In this document: positions 1 to 13,315 of the stretch, one piece after another | How the letters are laid out: each line of letters begins with the position of its first letter | Position numbering within the stretch: position 1 is the stretch's first letter | Assembly (NCBI GenBank): GCA_009914755.4 | Contig: CP068257.2 | Span: 37,120,001 to 37,184,000 of the forward strand | Direction of reading: 5' to 3' | Length of the DNA: 64,000 nucleotides | DNA from: the human T2T-CHM13v2.0 reference genome, Homo sapiens | Program-made: the position numbers and the translations under genes | Notes under the pieces: generated by a model | Database searches by the model: none | What the model was told of the DNA's origin: nothing | Seen by the model: the letters and a program-made list of their open reading frames with translations, nothing else

Positions 1-589
1 AACTAGGACTCCTCCCTACCACCCATTCAGCCCATGTGCACAGGAATTCTCTTCCTTCACTCAACTTTCCCACAACCCCCAGAGCATATGTGGATGTTGG
101 GTTGTTATCTATTAATTGTGTGATTTGGAAAAGGGCAGCAAAATGGAAAGCATATTCCTCAAATGTGTCCTGGGGAGCTGCTTGAAAAACACCTACACAG
201 AAAGTACAATTGACGCTCTATTTTTTCCAGCTGCACCCCTTCTTCACAACAGATGTACACTTTGGTGAAATACTGCTGGTCTGTAAAAAGGAAAGGTTTA
301 TTTCTAAAACAGTGTAGTCATTCTCTCCAAAGTTATACCATAACCCAATTTAAAATAGGGTGGGAAGCAACCCACTGAAATTTTGAACCAGCTCTAAATT
401 AGAGTCCAGAAAAACAAATGCCTAAATAGTTAATTACGGAAAGTCCATCCAGGCTTTGGATATCATGTACAGATCTTTCTATTTTCTTCCAAATAAAGAA
501 TAATGAAAAGAAATCAGCGGTAGAGCATTTCTGATTAAATACCCAGAATAAATACTCTATGTAAAAAAGACAGTGTAGATTCAGTGGTA

Positions 590-800
590 GAGAATACAGT
601 TTCTGGAAGTAGATTTCGTAGGTCCAAATCCCAACACTTCAATTTACTAGAGTGGTGACCTTGGGCAAGTCATTCAACCTTTCGGTGACTCAATTTCCTA
701 ACCTCCAAAGTAGACATAAGAAAATTGCCTCTTGAGATAGCTGTGTGGTATGGGTTGATACTTGTGAAGTATTTGGGATAGGTTCTGTGCTAGGAAAATA
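590..800 (+). mobile_element. MIR (SINE/MIR) fragment
   Basis: Reads tggtgaccttgggcaagtcattcaacctttcggtgactcaatttcctaacc, matching the MIR core (tgtgaccttgggcaagttacttaacctctctgtgcctcagtttcctcatctgtaaaatgg) with old divergence. Confidence 0.45.
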
Positions 801-1114
801 TAAACTGCTCAGCGTATTTTACCATATTATTGTTCCTTTTAACTGATCACTTTTTCTCAACACACAGGTAAAATACTTTACTTTCATCATGTTTCAACAG
901 CCACGTCTAAAATACCATGTTCTGTAGGGTTTTCAAAACTGTATGTCACTTCACTAGCAAGAAGGGTAAAATGGCTATATGATTTGGAGACGTTCCATAC
1001 AATAAGCATAAAACTGTTAATATTTTTAATATGTTTTGATGTTCTTGGAAACAATCTAAATATCCTACAACAGGGAAATAGGAAACGGTTAAGAAAGTTA
1101 TGGAAGACGGCCAT

Positions 1115-1455
1115 ATGTTATGGGCGCACTGGCTCAAATCTATAATCCTAGCACTTTGAGAGGCCCAGGTGGGTGGATTACTTGAGGTCGGAAGTTCTAG
1201 ACCAGCCTGGCCAATATGGTGAAACCCCGTCTCTACTAAAAATACAAAAATTAGCCAGGTGTGGTGGCACGCACCTGTAATCCCAGCTACTTGGGAGACT
1301 GAGGCAGGAGAATTGCTTCAACCTGGGAGGCAGAGGTTGCGGTGAGCCAAGATCTCACCACTGCACTCCAGACCAGGCAACAGAGCAAGACTACATCTCA
1401 AAAAAAAAAAAGAAAGAAAGAAAGAAAAAGAAAAAATAAAAAAAAAAAGAAAAGA
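1115..1455 (+). mobile_element. Alu element (AluS-like) with A/GAAA-rich tail
   Basis: Full-length match to Alu consensus from ggcgcactggctcaaatctataatcctagcactttgagaggc to gcaagactacatctcaaaaaaaa, followed by (GAAA)n/A-rich tail to about 1455. Confidence 0.9.
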
Positions 1456-1737
1456 AGTTGCAGAAGGGGCAGAGGATTTAAATAATACAAATAAATGCTT
1501 GTGGTGTGTCAAGTGAAGCAAAAAGTGTAAATATTTTACAAGTGGTAAACTCTCAGATTATAAAATGGATAGGGATCGACTGAAAGTAATATGCTAAAAT
1601 GCTACTAATGGCTTCTGCAAGTGGTGGAAAGTGGGTACTTTTTGTTTTCTCAGTTCTACTTTTACTGACTTGCCAAATTTTTCACAAGATTGACTGAGCA
1701 CTTACTCTGGGCAAAGCACAGCTCTAAGTGTTTCACA

Positions 1738-2063
1738 TGTGTTAGTCCATTTGTGCTGCTATAATAAAACACCACAGACTGAATAATGTATAAAGAACAG
1801 AAATTTACTTCTCATGGTTCTGAAGGCTGGAACGTCCAAGACGGAGGTGCTGGCGGGTTTGGTGTCCAGTAAGGGCTCCTCTCTTGGCTTCCAAGATGGT
1901 GCCTTGTTGCTTTCTCTGGAGGGGTCTTCTATGGCAGAAGGGATGGAAAGGCCAAAAGGGCCTAAACTAGTCCCCGCCAGGCCTTTTATAAGGTACTAAT
2001 CTATTCTAATCCACTGGGATTTAATCACATCCCCAAAGGCCTCATCTCTCAATGCCATTGATA
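1738..2063 (-). mobile_element. MLT1-type ERVL-MaLR LTR fragment (reverse orientation)
   Basis: Begins gtgttagtccatttgtgctgctataataaaacaccacagactg, then ttctcatggttctgaaggctggaacgtccaagacggaggtgctggcgggtttggtg, typical of the reverse complement of MLT1-family LTRs. It is abutted or interrupted at 2061 by a THE1-type LTR. Confidence 0.5.
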
Positions 2064-2468
2064 TGGTTTCGCTGTGTCCCCACCCAAATCTCACCTTAAA
2101 TTTTAATAATTCCCGTGTGTCAAGGGCAGGTGGAGATAATTGAATCACGGAGGCAATTTCTCTCACACTGTTCTCGTGATAGTGAATAAGTCTTATTAAT
2201 TGAATCACAGGGGCAATTTCTGTCATACTCTTCCCGTGGTAGTGAATAAGTCTCATGAGATCTGATGGTTTTATAAATAGGAGTTCCCCTCCACAAGCTC
2301 TCTTGCCTGCTGCCATGTAAGACGTGCCTTTCTCCTCCTTTGCCTTCTGCCATGATTATGAGGCCTCCCCAGCCATGTGAAACTGTGAGTCCATTAAATC
2401 ACTTTTTCTTTATAAATTACCCAGTCTTGGGTATGTCTTTATTAGCAGTGTGAGAACAGACTAACACA
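2061..2468 (+). mobile_element. THE1-type ERVL-MaLR solo LTR
   Basis: Starts atatggtttcgctgtgtccccacccaaatctcacc and ends tattagcagtgtgagaacagactaacacag. The internal ccatgtaagacgtgcctttctcctcctttgccttctgccatgattatgaggcctccccagccatgtgaaactgtgagtcc matches the THE1 consensus closely. Confidence 0.7.
2138..2254. repeat. about 58-bp tandem duplication inside the THE1 LTR
   Basis: aattgaatcacggaggcaatttctctcacactgttctcgtgatagtgaataagtctt is followed at once by attaattgaatcacaggggcaatttctgtcatactcttcccgtggtagtgaataagtctc (about 85% identity). The THE1 consensus has a single copy. This explains the repeated peptide in ORF 1996..2316. Confidence 0.7.
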
Positions 2469-2589
2469 GCCATCAAAGTGGGATTAAGCTGCTACATGGA
2501 TTTTAGAGGAGACACATTTAAACCATAGCAACATATATTAATTTATTTCTCTCTCGCAGAGGCCATTTTACTTAGGTGGTTTATTTTTG

Positions 2590-2730
2590 CCATTTTACAG
2601 ATGGAAAAAAGAAGAGAGAGTGAGAACAAGTAAACTCCCCACAGCTCTATCCTTGGTAAGTGAGGTAGCCAAGATTCTGAAGCAGGCTTCTGACTCCAGA
2701 GTGCTCCTAACCACCAGTCTACACTGCCTC
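2590..2730 (-). mobile_element. MIR fragment
   Basis: gccattttacagatggaaaaaag...gtaagtgaggtagccaagattctgaagcaggcttctgactccagagtgctcctaaccacc matches the reverse complement of the MIR core (ccattttacagatgaggaaactgagg...caaggtcacacagc). Confidence 0.45.
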
Positions 2731-4239
2731 TTTACATACACATCACTTCGAAATAAGAAAAAAAGTTCATTTTAAAGAAAAAAGAACTTAATTTTGCCAG
2801 ACAAATAATTTGACAAAATATGATATTTACTTTAGAATACATTATTCATACATATTATGGATTTAGTCTTCATGCAGCCCAATATAGTATCTGAAACATA
2901 TTAGATTTCTATGGCTTGTTTTGATTTTTCTGAAACACTATTTCTTTCGAATTTCTTTGGTGAAAGTAACTTCTAAAAATACAAATCCAGATTTACCCTC
3001 TAAACAAACACAAAGGACATAAATCTTATTACATTAAAAGAAATGTACTTCTAAAGCATATTTGGATGAGGATATATTGAAATATGTCTCTGCAATTCAT
3101 ATCTGGAAATGGCCCTGTGGAGAAGAGAATTACAGGATGAGTAGGTAATGAGGACTGACTTCTACTTATTTAAGAATCATAAGGCTTCATTAAATTCCAA
3201 GGTTTACTTCATTTTCTATCTTCTTTAAACATCAAGTTTAAGAATTTGAACCAAGAAGTAGAAGAAAATAATTATTTATTTAAAAATATATTTAATCTAA
3301 CATCATAAGTGAAGCATAGCAAAGTCTTAAAAAAAAATTGCGGCAAATTGGTCTGAGAGTCCACCATTATGACAGATTACAATGACCAAGGGCATTCGCC
3401 TCTGTCAATTGATATTCTAATGTCTTCATTCAGCAAATATTTACTGGACATCTTCCATTGTGCCAGCCACGGATCTAAGATTTAAAAGCATTTGGCAAAT
3501 TCTTTTTTGAATTGCCTACTCAGTCTACAGAGTCTACAGATGTTTAGACCTAAGGAAACCAGACATCAGGGATATGTTGAACCTTCCAGTGTCAACCCTG
3601 GACAAAGCTTTCCTTTGAAAAGGTAAATGGGAAGCATAAAGAATTCTCCTTGAAAAATCTTGGTAGACGATGGCACAAAGTAGGTGAGGGTTTGGATGGT
3701 GATGGGGGGAGAAGCCTAGCAACTGAGTTTATGAAAGATTCTGGGAAAGCCTTACCCATTCAATGTGCCAGAAATAAACCTAAAATAAGTGGCACCATTC
3801 AAGCAATGACATTTTGAGAATTAAAACATAGCCAAGTCTGAAAGCAGGACACACCATCACTAACTCAGGAGAACCTTGACATGAAACAATGCCCCCCTGC
3901 CTTTCCTCTTGCTTCTCTTTGCCTGTTTGTTTAATCAAATTACGCTACAGCCATCCTACAACTGCACAGTGATTTCTGAAAGGACTCCACTGGAGTTCAT
4001 TCCATTTGCATCAGTCAAAGAAGCTGTCTTTCCCTTCAAATTGCCTTCCCTATAGCCTTCAAAATTGGAACAAGGGATGGCTTTTGTCTTCCAGCCTTAC
4101 CAGGAAGATGAAAGTGAAACAGTTCCCTTCTCTCTGCAGCCGGTCTGCACACGATGATCTGCCCAGGAAACTGTAGGTATATTGTAAACTATTACTGCTC
4201 TGTAGATAAAAAATGGTTGTGGTGAGATGCCAAGAAGTC

Positions 4240-4560
4240 TTTATTTATATATTTATATATATATTTATATATATTTTTATATATTTATATTTATATATAT
4301 TTATATATAAATATATACATTTTTATATAATTATATTTTTATATAATTATATTTATATATAAAATGTATTTTATATATAATGTATTTTATATATAATATA
4401 TAAATATATTTATCTATATTTATATATTTATATATATATATTTATATATTTATTTGTATATACATTTATATATTTATTTATACATATATTTTTATATACA
4501 TTTATATATTTATTTATACATATATATTTATATATTTATATATATAAAGTCTTTATATAT
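4240..4560. repeat. AT-rich complex micro/minisatellite (TATATATTTATATA-type units)
   Basis: About 320 bp of imperfect tandem units such as tatatatttatatatat, tttatatataattatat and tacatttatatatttattta. Its translation gives the YIHLYIYLYIY ORF. Confidence 0.9.
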
Positions 4561-4660
4561 CTGGTTTCCTCTCAATCTCTCTCTTTCTTTCCTTCTTTCT
4601 TTCTTTTCTTCTTTCCCATTTTCCTTCCTTCTCTCCTTCCTTGCTCCAGATTTAACATTA
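4560..4660. repeat. CT-rich/(CTTT)n low-complexity tract
   Basis: ctctcaatctctctctttctttccttctttctttcttttcttctttcccattttccttccttctctccttcc. Confidence 0.8.
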
Positions 4661-6744
4661 AAACTCACATGATGCCACAAGTTTGAGCACAACATGTCTA
4701 AGAACAAGTTCTTAGGAGATGCGCCTGGGCCCCAAGAAGCACAATGATGATGTGCTCCTGGGCCTGGAATCTCAAGGCTCAAGGAGCTCCATGGTCCTGA
4801 CCCAGGTGATGAGGAGGAAAGCTCTCCACTCCATCAGGCCTCTAATTCCACACCTGGAAAAAAGAAAGACGAATTGGACCAGAGTCTCCCCAAGTCTCCT
4901 CTCGTTCTTAACTTGTAGTTCTAGAATAATGGAATGTCGGGAGCCCACGAAAGCTGCCTTCCTCCAACAAATGTGCACTGGGGTAGACCCCTCCTTCTTT
5001 CCACCCTGCTGGGTTGTACTCAGAAGCATCTCTGCTCTTGGCTCTCCTTAACCATGCTATGGCCAACCACACCCTCCCTGAAGGATGGTGGTATGAGTCG
5101 CTCACCATCAACAGCTCCCACCTTCCTCTTGGGTTCTTCAGCAGCTTCTTAAAGTCCCTGGCAAGAGGAGAGAGAACCTAATACTTATCCATCAATGTAA
5201 TGGGTATATAGGAATGAGATGTAATCACCTTTATACATTCATAATTTAATCCTCCCAGCAGCCCAATGAAAGCCAATCAACCATTCATGGATCCAACAAA
5301 TATTTCAGAGCCTATTTCTTGTGTGGTTGGCAGTGGGGCCTGCGTCTCCAATGGGGACACAGTAGAGCTGAACTGCCATCCAGGAGGTGACTCTCAATCA
5401 GGAAACAGGAAACAAGAGAGCACACAAATAAAAAGATAGCAGGAAGGGAGGTGCCCTTAAATTAAGTGAAGGGGCACCTTAAAGGGAAGGGGCATTAAGT
5501 AAGAGATCTGAGGGGTTGAGGAAACCAACATTGCAGGTGAGGGTACAGGCCAAGGACTCAGGGAGCCTGGTGATCTCAGGCTCAAAACCTTAGTGTGGCT
5601 GGAACTAAGGGGGAAGAAAAACATTACAACATCCCCAAGGTAGGCAGGGCCTCAGATGCTGGGCAGCAAATGTGGGTTTTATCCTGAGTACAAAGAGCAG
5701 TCATCTGCCAAGGAGCCCAGTGCTGCTTCCACTGCAAATATCTAGGTTCCAAGAGCCCCTCAACCCTTCTCCTCCCTGGACAAAGATCCACCCTCAAGCT
5801 ACTTCTCATATCATTCGCTTGCATGTCGCTGACTCTCAAGCATGCTCCTGGTCATATCTGGGACTTGTTCTTCAAGTCTTATCTTTTATTGTAGCACAAA
5901 ACCTTTTGGCCTCCGTTATGCAAATTCGAGATACCAGTCATTTGAGGAAGAAGTAGAGAAGGGAGGGAAAACAGGGTCATCTTCCCCAGCTGCCCTAACT
6001 CGTTTCTGCAAAAGACTAATGTGTTTCCAAACTCTCCAAGCACAAGAGCTCCCAAGCAATTACTTTAGGGAAGCCAATGATAAATTTACATTGAATTGCT
6101 GGGTTTATGAAACGATAGTGTTTCCACAAGTGTAGACTGCAGAAGTTTTGAGAGGTATCAAAACTTATTACATAAAGGTTTGGCAATATGGAGTTTATAG
6201 AAATTAAGTAGGTCTCTTGACTATAGGACTTCTCAGACCTTAATCGGCAACTGCAGGGCAGGAGTCTCTGGATCATCATGGCAGCTATGTTGGTCCCATG
6301 TCCCTGGACTCTGCTGGTCTGCTTTCTCGTCTCTATCTAGAGTACTATATAAGTACTAGGAAGGCAGAGATTGTATCTTAAATATTGCATGTCTTGAATG
6401 GTGTCTCAAGCATAGTGAGATCTCAATTATTAACAAATACTTATTAATAAATAAATGAAGGAGTCACCAGCAGGTGATTATTTTCCAAACTTCTCATATT
6501 TTTTTCATGGAACACATCTTTGGACTCTTGCTAAAGAACAGACCCCTTAGGAATGCTTCTAAGGAATGCTGCTTCAGGAAAAAATGACAACAAAACTATG
6601 ATGTGTACAGGTTCTTTACCTAATATGGAAGAACCTAGAATTCATTATTATATTTGGTACTTTTTTCTTGTAGGGAACTTGTGTCCTCTAAAATTTATTT
6701 AAACTAAAAATGTCATCGTCATCATCAGTCAAGATAGCCATCTT

Positions 6745-6958
6745 GCTTTGTTTCTCTGTCTCTCTCTCTCTCATTCTCTCTCTCTGTCTCTCTCTCTCTC
6801 TCTCATTCTCTCTCTATCTCTCTCATTCTCTCTCTCTCTGTCTCTCTCTCTCACTCTCTCTCTGTCTCTCTCATTCTCTCTCTCTGTCTCTCTTTCTCAT
6901 TCTCTCTCTCTCATTCTCTCTCTCTCTCATTCTCTCTCTCATTCTCTCTCTCTCTCAT

Positions 6959-6991
<33 letters not shown>

Positions 6992-7145
6992 GTCTCTCTC
7001 TGTCTCTCTCTCTGTCTCTCTCTGTCTCTGTCTCTCTCTCTGTCTCTCTGTCTCTCTCTGTCTCTGTCTCTCTCTCTGTCTGTCTCTGTCTCTCTCTCTG
7101 TCTGTCTCTGTCTCTCTCTCTCATTCTCTCATTCTCTGTCTCTTC
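6745..7145. repeat. Long (TC)n/(TCTCTG/TCTCATTC)n polypyrimidine microsatellite
   Basis: About 400 bp of nearly pure pyrimidine on the + strand: tctc runs interrupted by cat or tg every 6-12 bp. It ends in cacacacactcac. Confidence 0.95.
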
Positions 7146-7312
7146 CACACACACTCACCTACACAATGATGCATGGCCATAATTATTAAAAATTATTTTC
7201 AGATTAGAAAATTCAGAGAAGAAAACAACTATTGGGAATCCCACCAGTTAAAATGTTGGCATTTTTCTTTCTCCTGGTCTTCCTTCTTTGCTTTTTGTTC
7301 TGAAATCATGCT

Positions 7313-7607
<295 letters not shown>

Positions 7608-8280
7608 CCAAATCACGCTTTTCATGCACACACTGGACATGCCATGGGAGGGATCTACCAGATACCTTCCTCCCTTCTCTCAGAAGCCCGGTGTGCTCTG
7701 CATGCCCGCAGCCCCATTCTTGGGCCAATCCAAAGCGGCTCCTTTTGCATGAGGAACTGACCAGAGGCACGCTGGAGCCACTGAGCCAAGCTGGCTTGAG
7801 CTTCCTGCATACCTGGGCATCTCAAAGGCTGGAAGCTGCTCTTGAGAGTGAATTTCCTATAAGCTAAAACCCTCCCACTGCAAAAAGATCCGTCTTTTCC
7901 CCACCACGGTAAAAAAAAACGTAATTCCTTTTCCTTCTTTCTTATTCTGCGTATAGTATAATGTCTTTAAAAGCTGTTGCAAAAGTAACTGCTCGATATG
8001 TCACTCCAGGACACTAATTGTTTAGTGGGAACACACATTTCCTGAATTCATTGCAGGGTTATAGGTCAGTTGATTTATTATTATTTGTGCAAAAGTAAAT
8101 GGCTTTTGAAGTGAAGCTGCTTCCTGGCAACAGAGGACGATCCCAGCCCTCGGAGTGTGCGTCTGCAGCTTACGACCGGACGCATCCCGGGACAGGGCTG
8201 TGGTCCTTCACAGCACCTGTCTGGGTCTGGCCCTCTCACATTGCAAACTTCGCAAAGACCTGAACAACTGAGGCAGCTAA

Positions 8281-8617
<337 letters not shown>

Positions 8618-9293
8618 CCTGCTCACTCTTGACAGAGTGAACAAGCACTCCTCCCCCCTCCCCAAAACACTGAATCCCAGCATTCCCAACGTGCAAGCAA
8701 GCCTTTCACAGAAAAGCGTTACAATCTTATAATTAAATTAGGTGCTTGTGGGAAACAGCACAATTAAAACCAGAAAATAATTTAGGAAGATTAAACCCAT
8801 TAAGGTAGGACTTTTCTTCTTTAGTGGAGAGGAAATACAATTAGGTGAACTAACTTATTAAAAACACCTACACAGATATCTAAATATCTCCCAAATGCAC
8901 TGAAATGCTTTGCTCCCTGTGAGGCAGAAAGACTCCACTTCCTTTTCTGCCAAATCAAATTAGAAAGCCCAACTCAATGATTCCCCAGGAGAAATATTTA
9001 CACCTCAAAATAGATTGAAGGAAATCTAATCTGAAGCTGCCCAGAAATTACTACAGAACTAAGTTATTTCTGTCATTTTAGGGTGGTAAGCTCATGATTT
9101 CATGATAAGAGCACCCATTCTATCACCTAAATTTATATAAACCTTGAAGAATAAACACGGGGTAGAGATCTACTTTTCAGGATATGGACAGAAAAGTTCT
9201 TGTGGTCTTACGTAATTACAATATAAAAATGGGTATAGATATGACCTGACACATTATACAATAGATCATTTAGGTATAATGTAGACTTAATGG

Positions 9294-9630
<337 letters not shown>

Positions 9631-9928
9631 TTAACGATATATATATATAGGAACAGTTATAGCCAGATGTTCTCAGAGTTTGACGGTTGGAGAAATATAA
9701 CAGTGATTAAAAGCTTCACCTTTGGAGTCAGATGAACTTGGATCTAACATGGCCATAAGCATGTTAAATCTGTCTCTAAATTTTAGCCTCCACATCTGTA
9801 AAATGGAGATTCTAGAACCACCTTTGAGGAATGTTATGGGGATTGGATAAGGCCATACCTATTGTTTGCTCAGCAGTGCCCTGGTACTTAGGAAATGCCC
9901 ATAGTCACTATTTTAAATAGTAAAAATA

Positions 9929-10297
<369 letters not shown>

Positions 10298-10407
10298 CTA
10301 CGTTACCTCATTTAACCCTAATGGTGATCTTGTGAGCAGGTATATTTAATTCCACACACATGTTACAAAAGAGGAAATTGAGGCACAAAACCTTTTGGTA
10401 ATGTGCT

Positions 10408-10776
10408 GATATGGTATGGCTCTGTGTCCCCACCCAAATCTCATCTTGAATTGTAATCCTCTTGTGTCAAGGGAGGGGCCTGGTGGGAGGTGATTGGATC
10501 ATGGGGACGGTTTCCTCCATGCTGTTCTTGTGATAGTGAGTGAGTTCTCATGAGATCTGATGGTTTTTTAAAAGTGGTATTTTCTCCTTCGCTCTCTCTC
10601 TCTCTCCTGCCGCCATGTAAAACATGCCTGCTTCCCCTTTGCCTTCCACCATGATTATAAGTTTCCTGAGGCCTTCCCAGCTTTGTGGAACTGTGAGTCA
10701 ATCAGACCTCTTTTCTTTCTAAATTACCCAGTCTCAGACAATCCTTTATACCAGTGTGAGACTGGACTAATACACA
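10408..10776 (+). mobile_element. MST/THE1-type ERVL-MaLR solo LTR
   Basis: tgatatggtatggctctgtgtccccacccaaatctcatcttgaattgtaatcc ... tgtggaactgtgagtcaatcagacctcttttctttctaaattacccagtctcagacaatcctttataccagtgtgagactggactaatacac. Confidence 0.65.
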
Positions 10777-11102
10777 CACCAGTGTCATACGTCCAGTACA
10801 TGGCTAGGCCTGCATAGAAACCCCTCATTCCTGAACCACATGATAAGAGCTTAGATCATTTCTTTGGTAGGTGGGAAAGGTGGTCTCCAGAGCAAAGAAG
10901 CAGCACTAGTACCCCAGTTCACGACCACATTTCAAAAAGCAGTGTCATGTACTCCTGTCATCACTGTTCACTGTTAGATAATAAAGGTATGCAGTCTTTG
11001 CTTTGGTCCCATGTGCGGAAATTTCAGATGGAAGCTGAACCAGACTTAGAAACGTAGGACAAGTCACCAATGCCTAGAAAGATGCTTTAGTAGTGTACAT
11101 CT

Positions 11103-11516
11103 CCCTCAGTTCATTCTCACATTGCTATAAAGAAATACCGGAGACTGGGTAATTTATAAAGAAAAGAGGTTTCATTGGCTCACCGTTCCACAGGCTGCAC
11201 AGGAAGCATGGCAGCATCTGCTCCACTCCGGAGGAGGCCTCAGGAAACTTTCAATCACGGCAGAAGGCAAAAGGGAAGCAAGCACATCGTATGTGGCAGG
11301 GACATGTGGAGGAGAGAGGTGCTGGTAAACACTTTTGAACAACCAAATCTCGTGAGAACTCACTCACTATACAGTGCCAAAGAGGGATAGTGCTAAGCCA
11401 TTCATGAGAACTCCACCCCCACGACCCATTCGCCTCCCACCAGGTCCCACCTTCAGCACTGGGGATTACAATTCAACATGAGATTTGGGTGGGGACACAG
11501 ATGCAAACCATATCAA
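11103..11516 (-). mobile_element. MST-type ERVL-MaLR solo LTR (reverse orientation)
   Basis: cctcagttcattctcacattgctataaagaaataccggagactgggtaatttataaagaaaagaggtttcattggctcaccgttccacaggctgcacaggaagcatgg ... attacaattcaacatgagatttgggtggggacacagatgcaaaccatatca, which is the reverse complement of the MaLR LTR termini. Confidence 0.6.
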
Positions 11517-12106
11517 CATCATAGGATGAGAAGAAGCAGCCAGGCATTTTTTGAACTACTCTTGATAAATTCTTTACAGATAAATAAAACACTTTAATGT
11601 TTGGAACGTTTCAATCACAGTGTATGAAACGAATGTTAGTTACTCCATTTCTTTTTATTTCCCTGTACTGTACATTTATAACTGACGCTAAGACAACCTT
11701 GAATGTTTGGACAAAATGGTTTAAAGGTCACAGAACACTCACAAATTTCCCGTTAATTATTAAAACTGTTTTGCCCAGTTTCAGCTTGCACCGTCAGTTT
11801 TATGGCCCTGCTGTAAGGTGTAAATGCTATATTTGTTAAGTGTCTATACATGTGGAGTGTGTTCATTTCCTACAAGGCTGATCACAATGCTAGATGAAAG
11901 TGTGCCCCTCCCCTGCTCCTCAGACCCTGGTGGGTTCTGCTTCTCCATGCATTCTGGGCTGGCTTCCATCTCCAGAAGTGATTCTTCTCCTGTGCTCCCC
12001 TTCCTTACACTCCCTAGTAATGGCTTAGCTACACAGCCTTCCTGCCTCTCAGTCTCGTTCCTGCCTCCACTTCCTCCTGAAGCTCCTGAAACAAACCCAG
12101 GCTATT

Positions 12107-12108
<2 letters not shown>

Positions 12109-12140
<32 letters not shown>

Positions 12141-12420
12141 AGATGGAGTCTTACTCTGTTGCCCAGGCTGGAGTGCAGTGGCGCGATCTTGACTTGCTGC
12201 AACCTCTGCCTCCCAGGTTCAAGCAATCCTCCCACCTCAGCCTCCTGAGTAACTGGAGTACAGCCACATGCCACCACGCCTGGCTAATTTTTGCATTTTT
12301 AGTAGAGATGAGGTTTCACCATGTTGGCCAGGATGGTCTCAAATTCTTGACCTCAGATGATCCGCCCCCTTCAGCCTCCCAAAGTGCTGGGATTATAGGC
12401 GTGAGCCACGTGCCCGGCTC
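12109..12420 (-). mobile_element. Alu element (reverse) with 31-nt poly-T
   Basis: Poly-T 12109-12139 then gagatggagtcttactctgttgcccaggctggagtgcagtggcgcgatc ... ggcgtgagccacgtgcccggctc. Confidence 0.9.
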
Positions 12421-12454
12421 CATGCTGTTCTTAACACCCTTCTATTCCATGACA

Positions 12455-12690
12455 ATAAGAGCTAACGTGTCGAGTGCATGCTTGCTTGTAAGTCATTTTA
12501 GCCTCACCCTCACAAACTCTGACAAGCAGGGTGATACTAGTATCACTCCCATTTGGCAGAAGAAACTGAGGCACAGAGAAAGCAGGTCACTTGTTCAGGC
12601 CACCAGAAAGTGTCAAGGCAGGCTTCAGACCCAGGTGGCCTGGCTTCTGAACCTGCGGGCTGGACCGGCCCACCTGGGTGCCCTTCTGTG
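12455..12690 (-). mobile_element. MIR element
   Basis: tcactcccatttggcagaagaaactgaggcacagagaaagcaggtcacttgttcaggccaccagaaagtgtcaaggcaggcttcagacccaggtggcctggcttctgaacc aligns to the reverse complement of the MIR consensus (ccattttacagatgaggaaactgaggcacagagaggttaagtaacttgcccaaggtcacacagctagtaagtggcagagccgggattcgaacccagg). Confidence 0.6.
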
Positions 12691-12896
12691 GTCCTTGCCT
12701 GCAGTCATTTTTGCTATTGGGCCCAGGGGCACAAGCTAGTCATGAGACTTCCAAAAAATATTTAAAATTGGGGAAAGGAAAAATACAGATACTCTCCAGA
12801 ATATGAAAACTGCAAAAACAAAACCAATCCATTTAAGTAAGTGTGTACACAATATAATATTTATGGCATTTAAAAATAACTAAATTTGGTTTTTAA

Positions 12897-13315
<419 letters not shown>

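Noticed and set aside
1996-2316. 106-aa ORF with an internally repeated peptide (IQLIRLIHYH..SVREIASVIQL twice)
   Set aside because: The repeat comes from the 58-bp tandem duplication inside a THE1 LTR. It is LTR sequence, not a gene
4138-4174. Mini-exon-like segment ttcccttctctctgcag|ccggtctgcacacgatgatctgcccaggaaactgtag|gtatat
   Set aside because: A good acceptor-like context and GT occur by chance frequently. At 37 bp with no supporting frame or conservation it is not reportable as a feature
4454-4672. 72-aa ORF MYIHLYIYLYIY...
   Set aside because: It is translation of the AT-rich minisatellite and the CT-rich tract
4240-7145. Regularly spaced short repeats. Could they be a CRISPR array?
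   Set aside because: They are eukaryotic microsatellites/minisatellites with no repeat-spacer architecture. The window is primate DNA (Alu, L1, MaLR), so CRISPR and other prokaryotic systems do not apply
6710-7189. ORFs of 159 aa, 144 aa (+) and 71 aa (-) with SLSLSL / RERERE peptides
   Set aside because: They are direct translation of the (TC)n microsatellite, low-complexity and not coding
7975-8110. Two ttgtgcaaaagtaa / tgttgcaaaagtaact motifs resembling MADE1/Hsmar1 mariner TIRs (ggtgcaaaagtaattgcgg)
   Set aside because: The matches are only about 14 bp each with no full 80-bp MADE1 palindrome, which is too weak to call
12143-12739. 198-aa ORF (+), and similar ORFs 24811..25269, 44957..45442, 58335..58661, 36162..36473, 48646..48966 and dozens of 60-110-aa ORFs
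   Set aside because: All start or lie inside Alu elements. Their peptides are the stereotyped Alu translations (for example [72 protein letters not shown]). They are not genes
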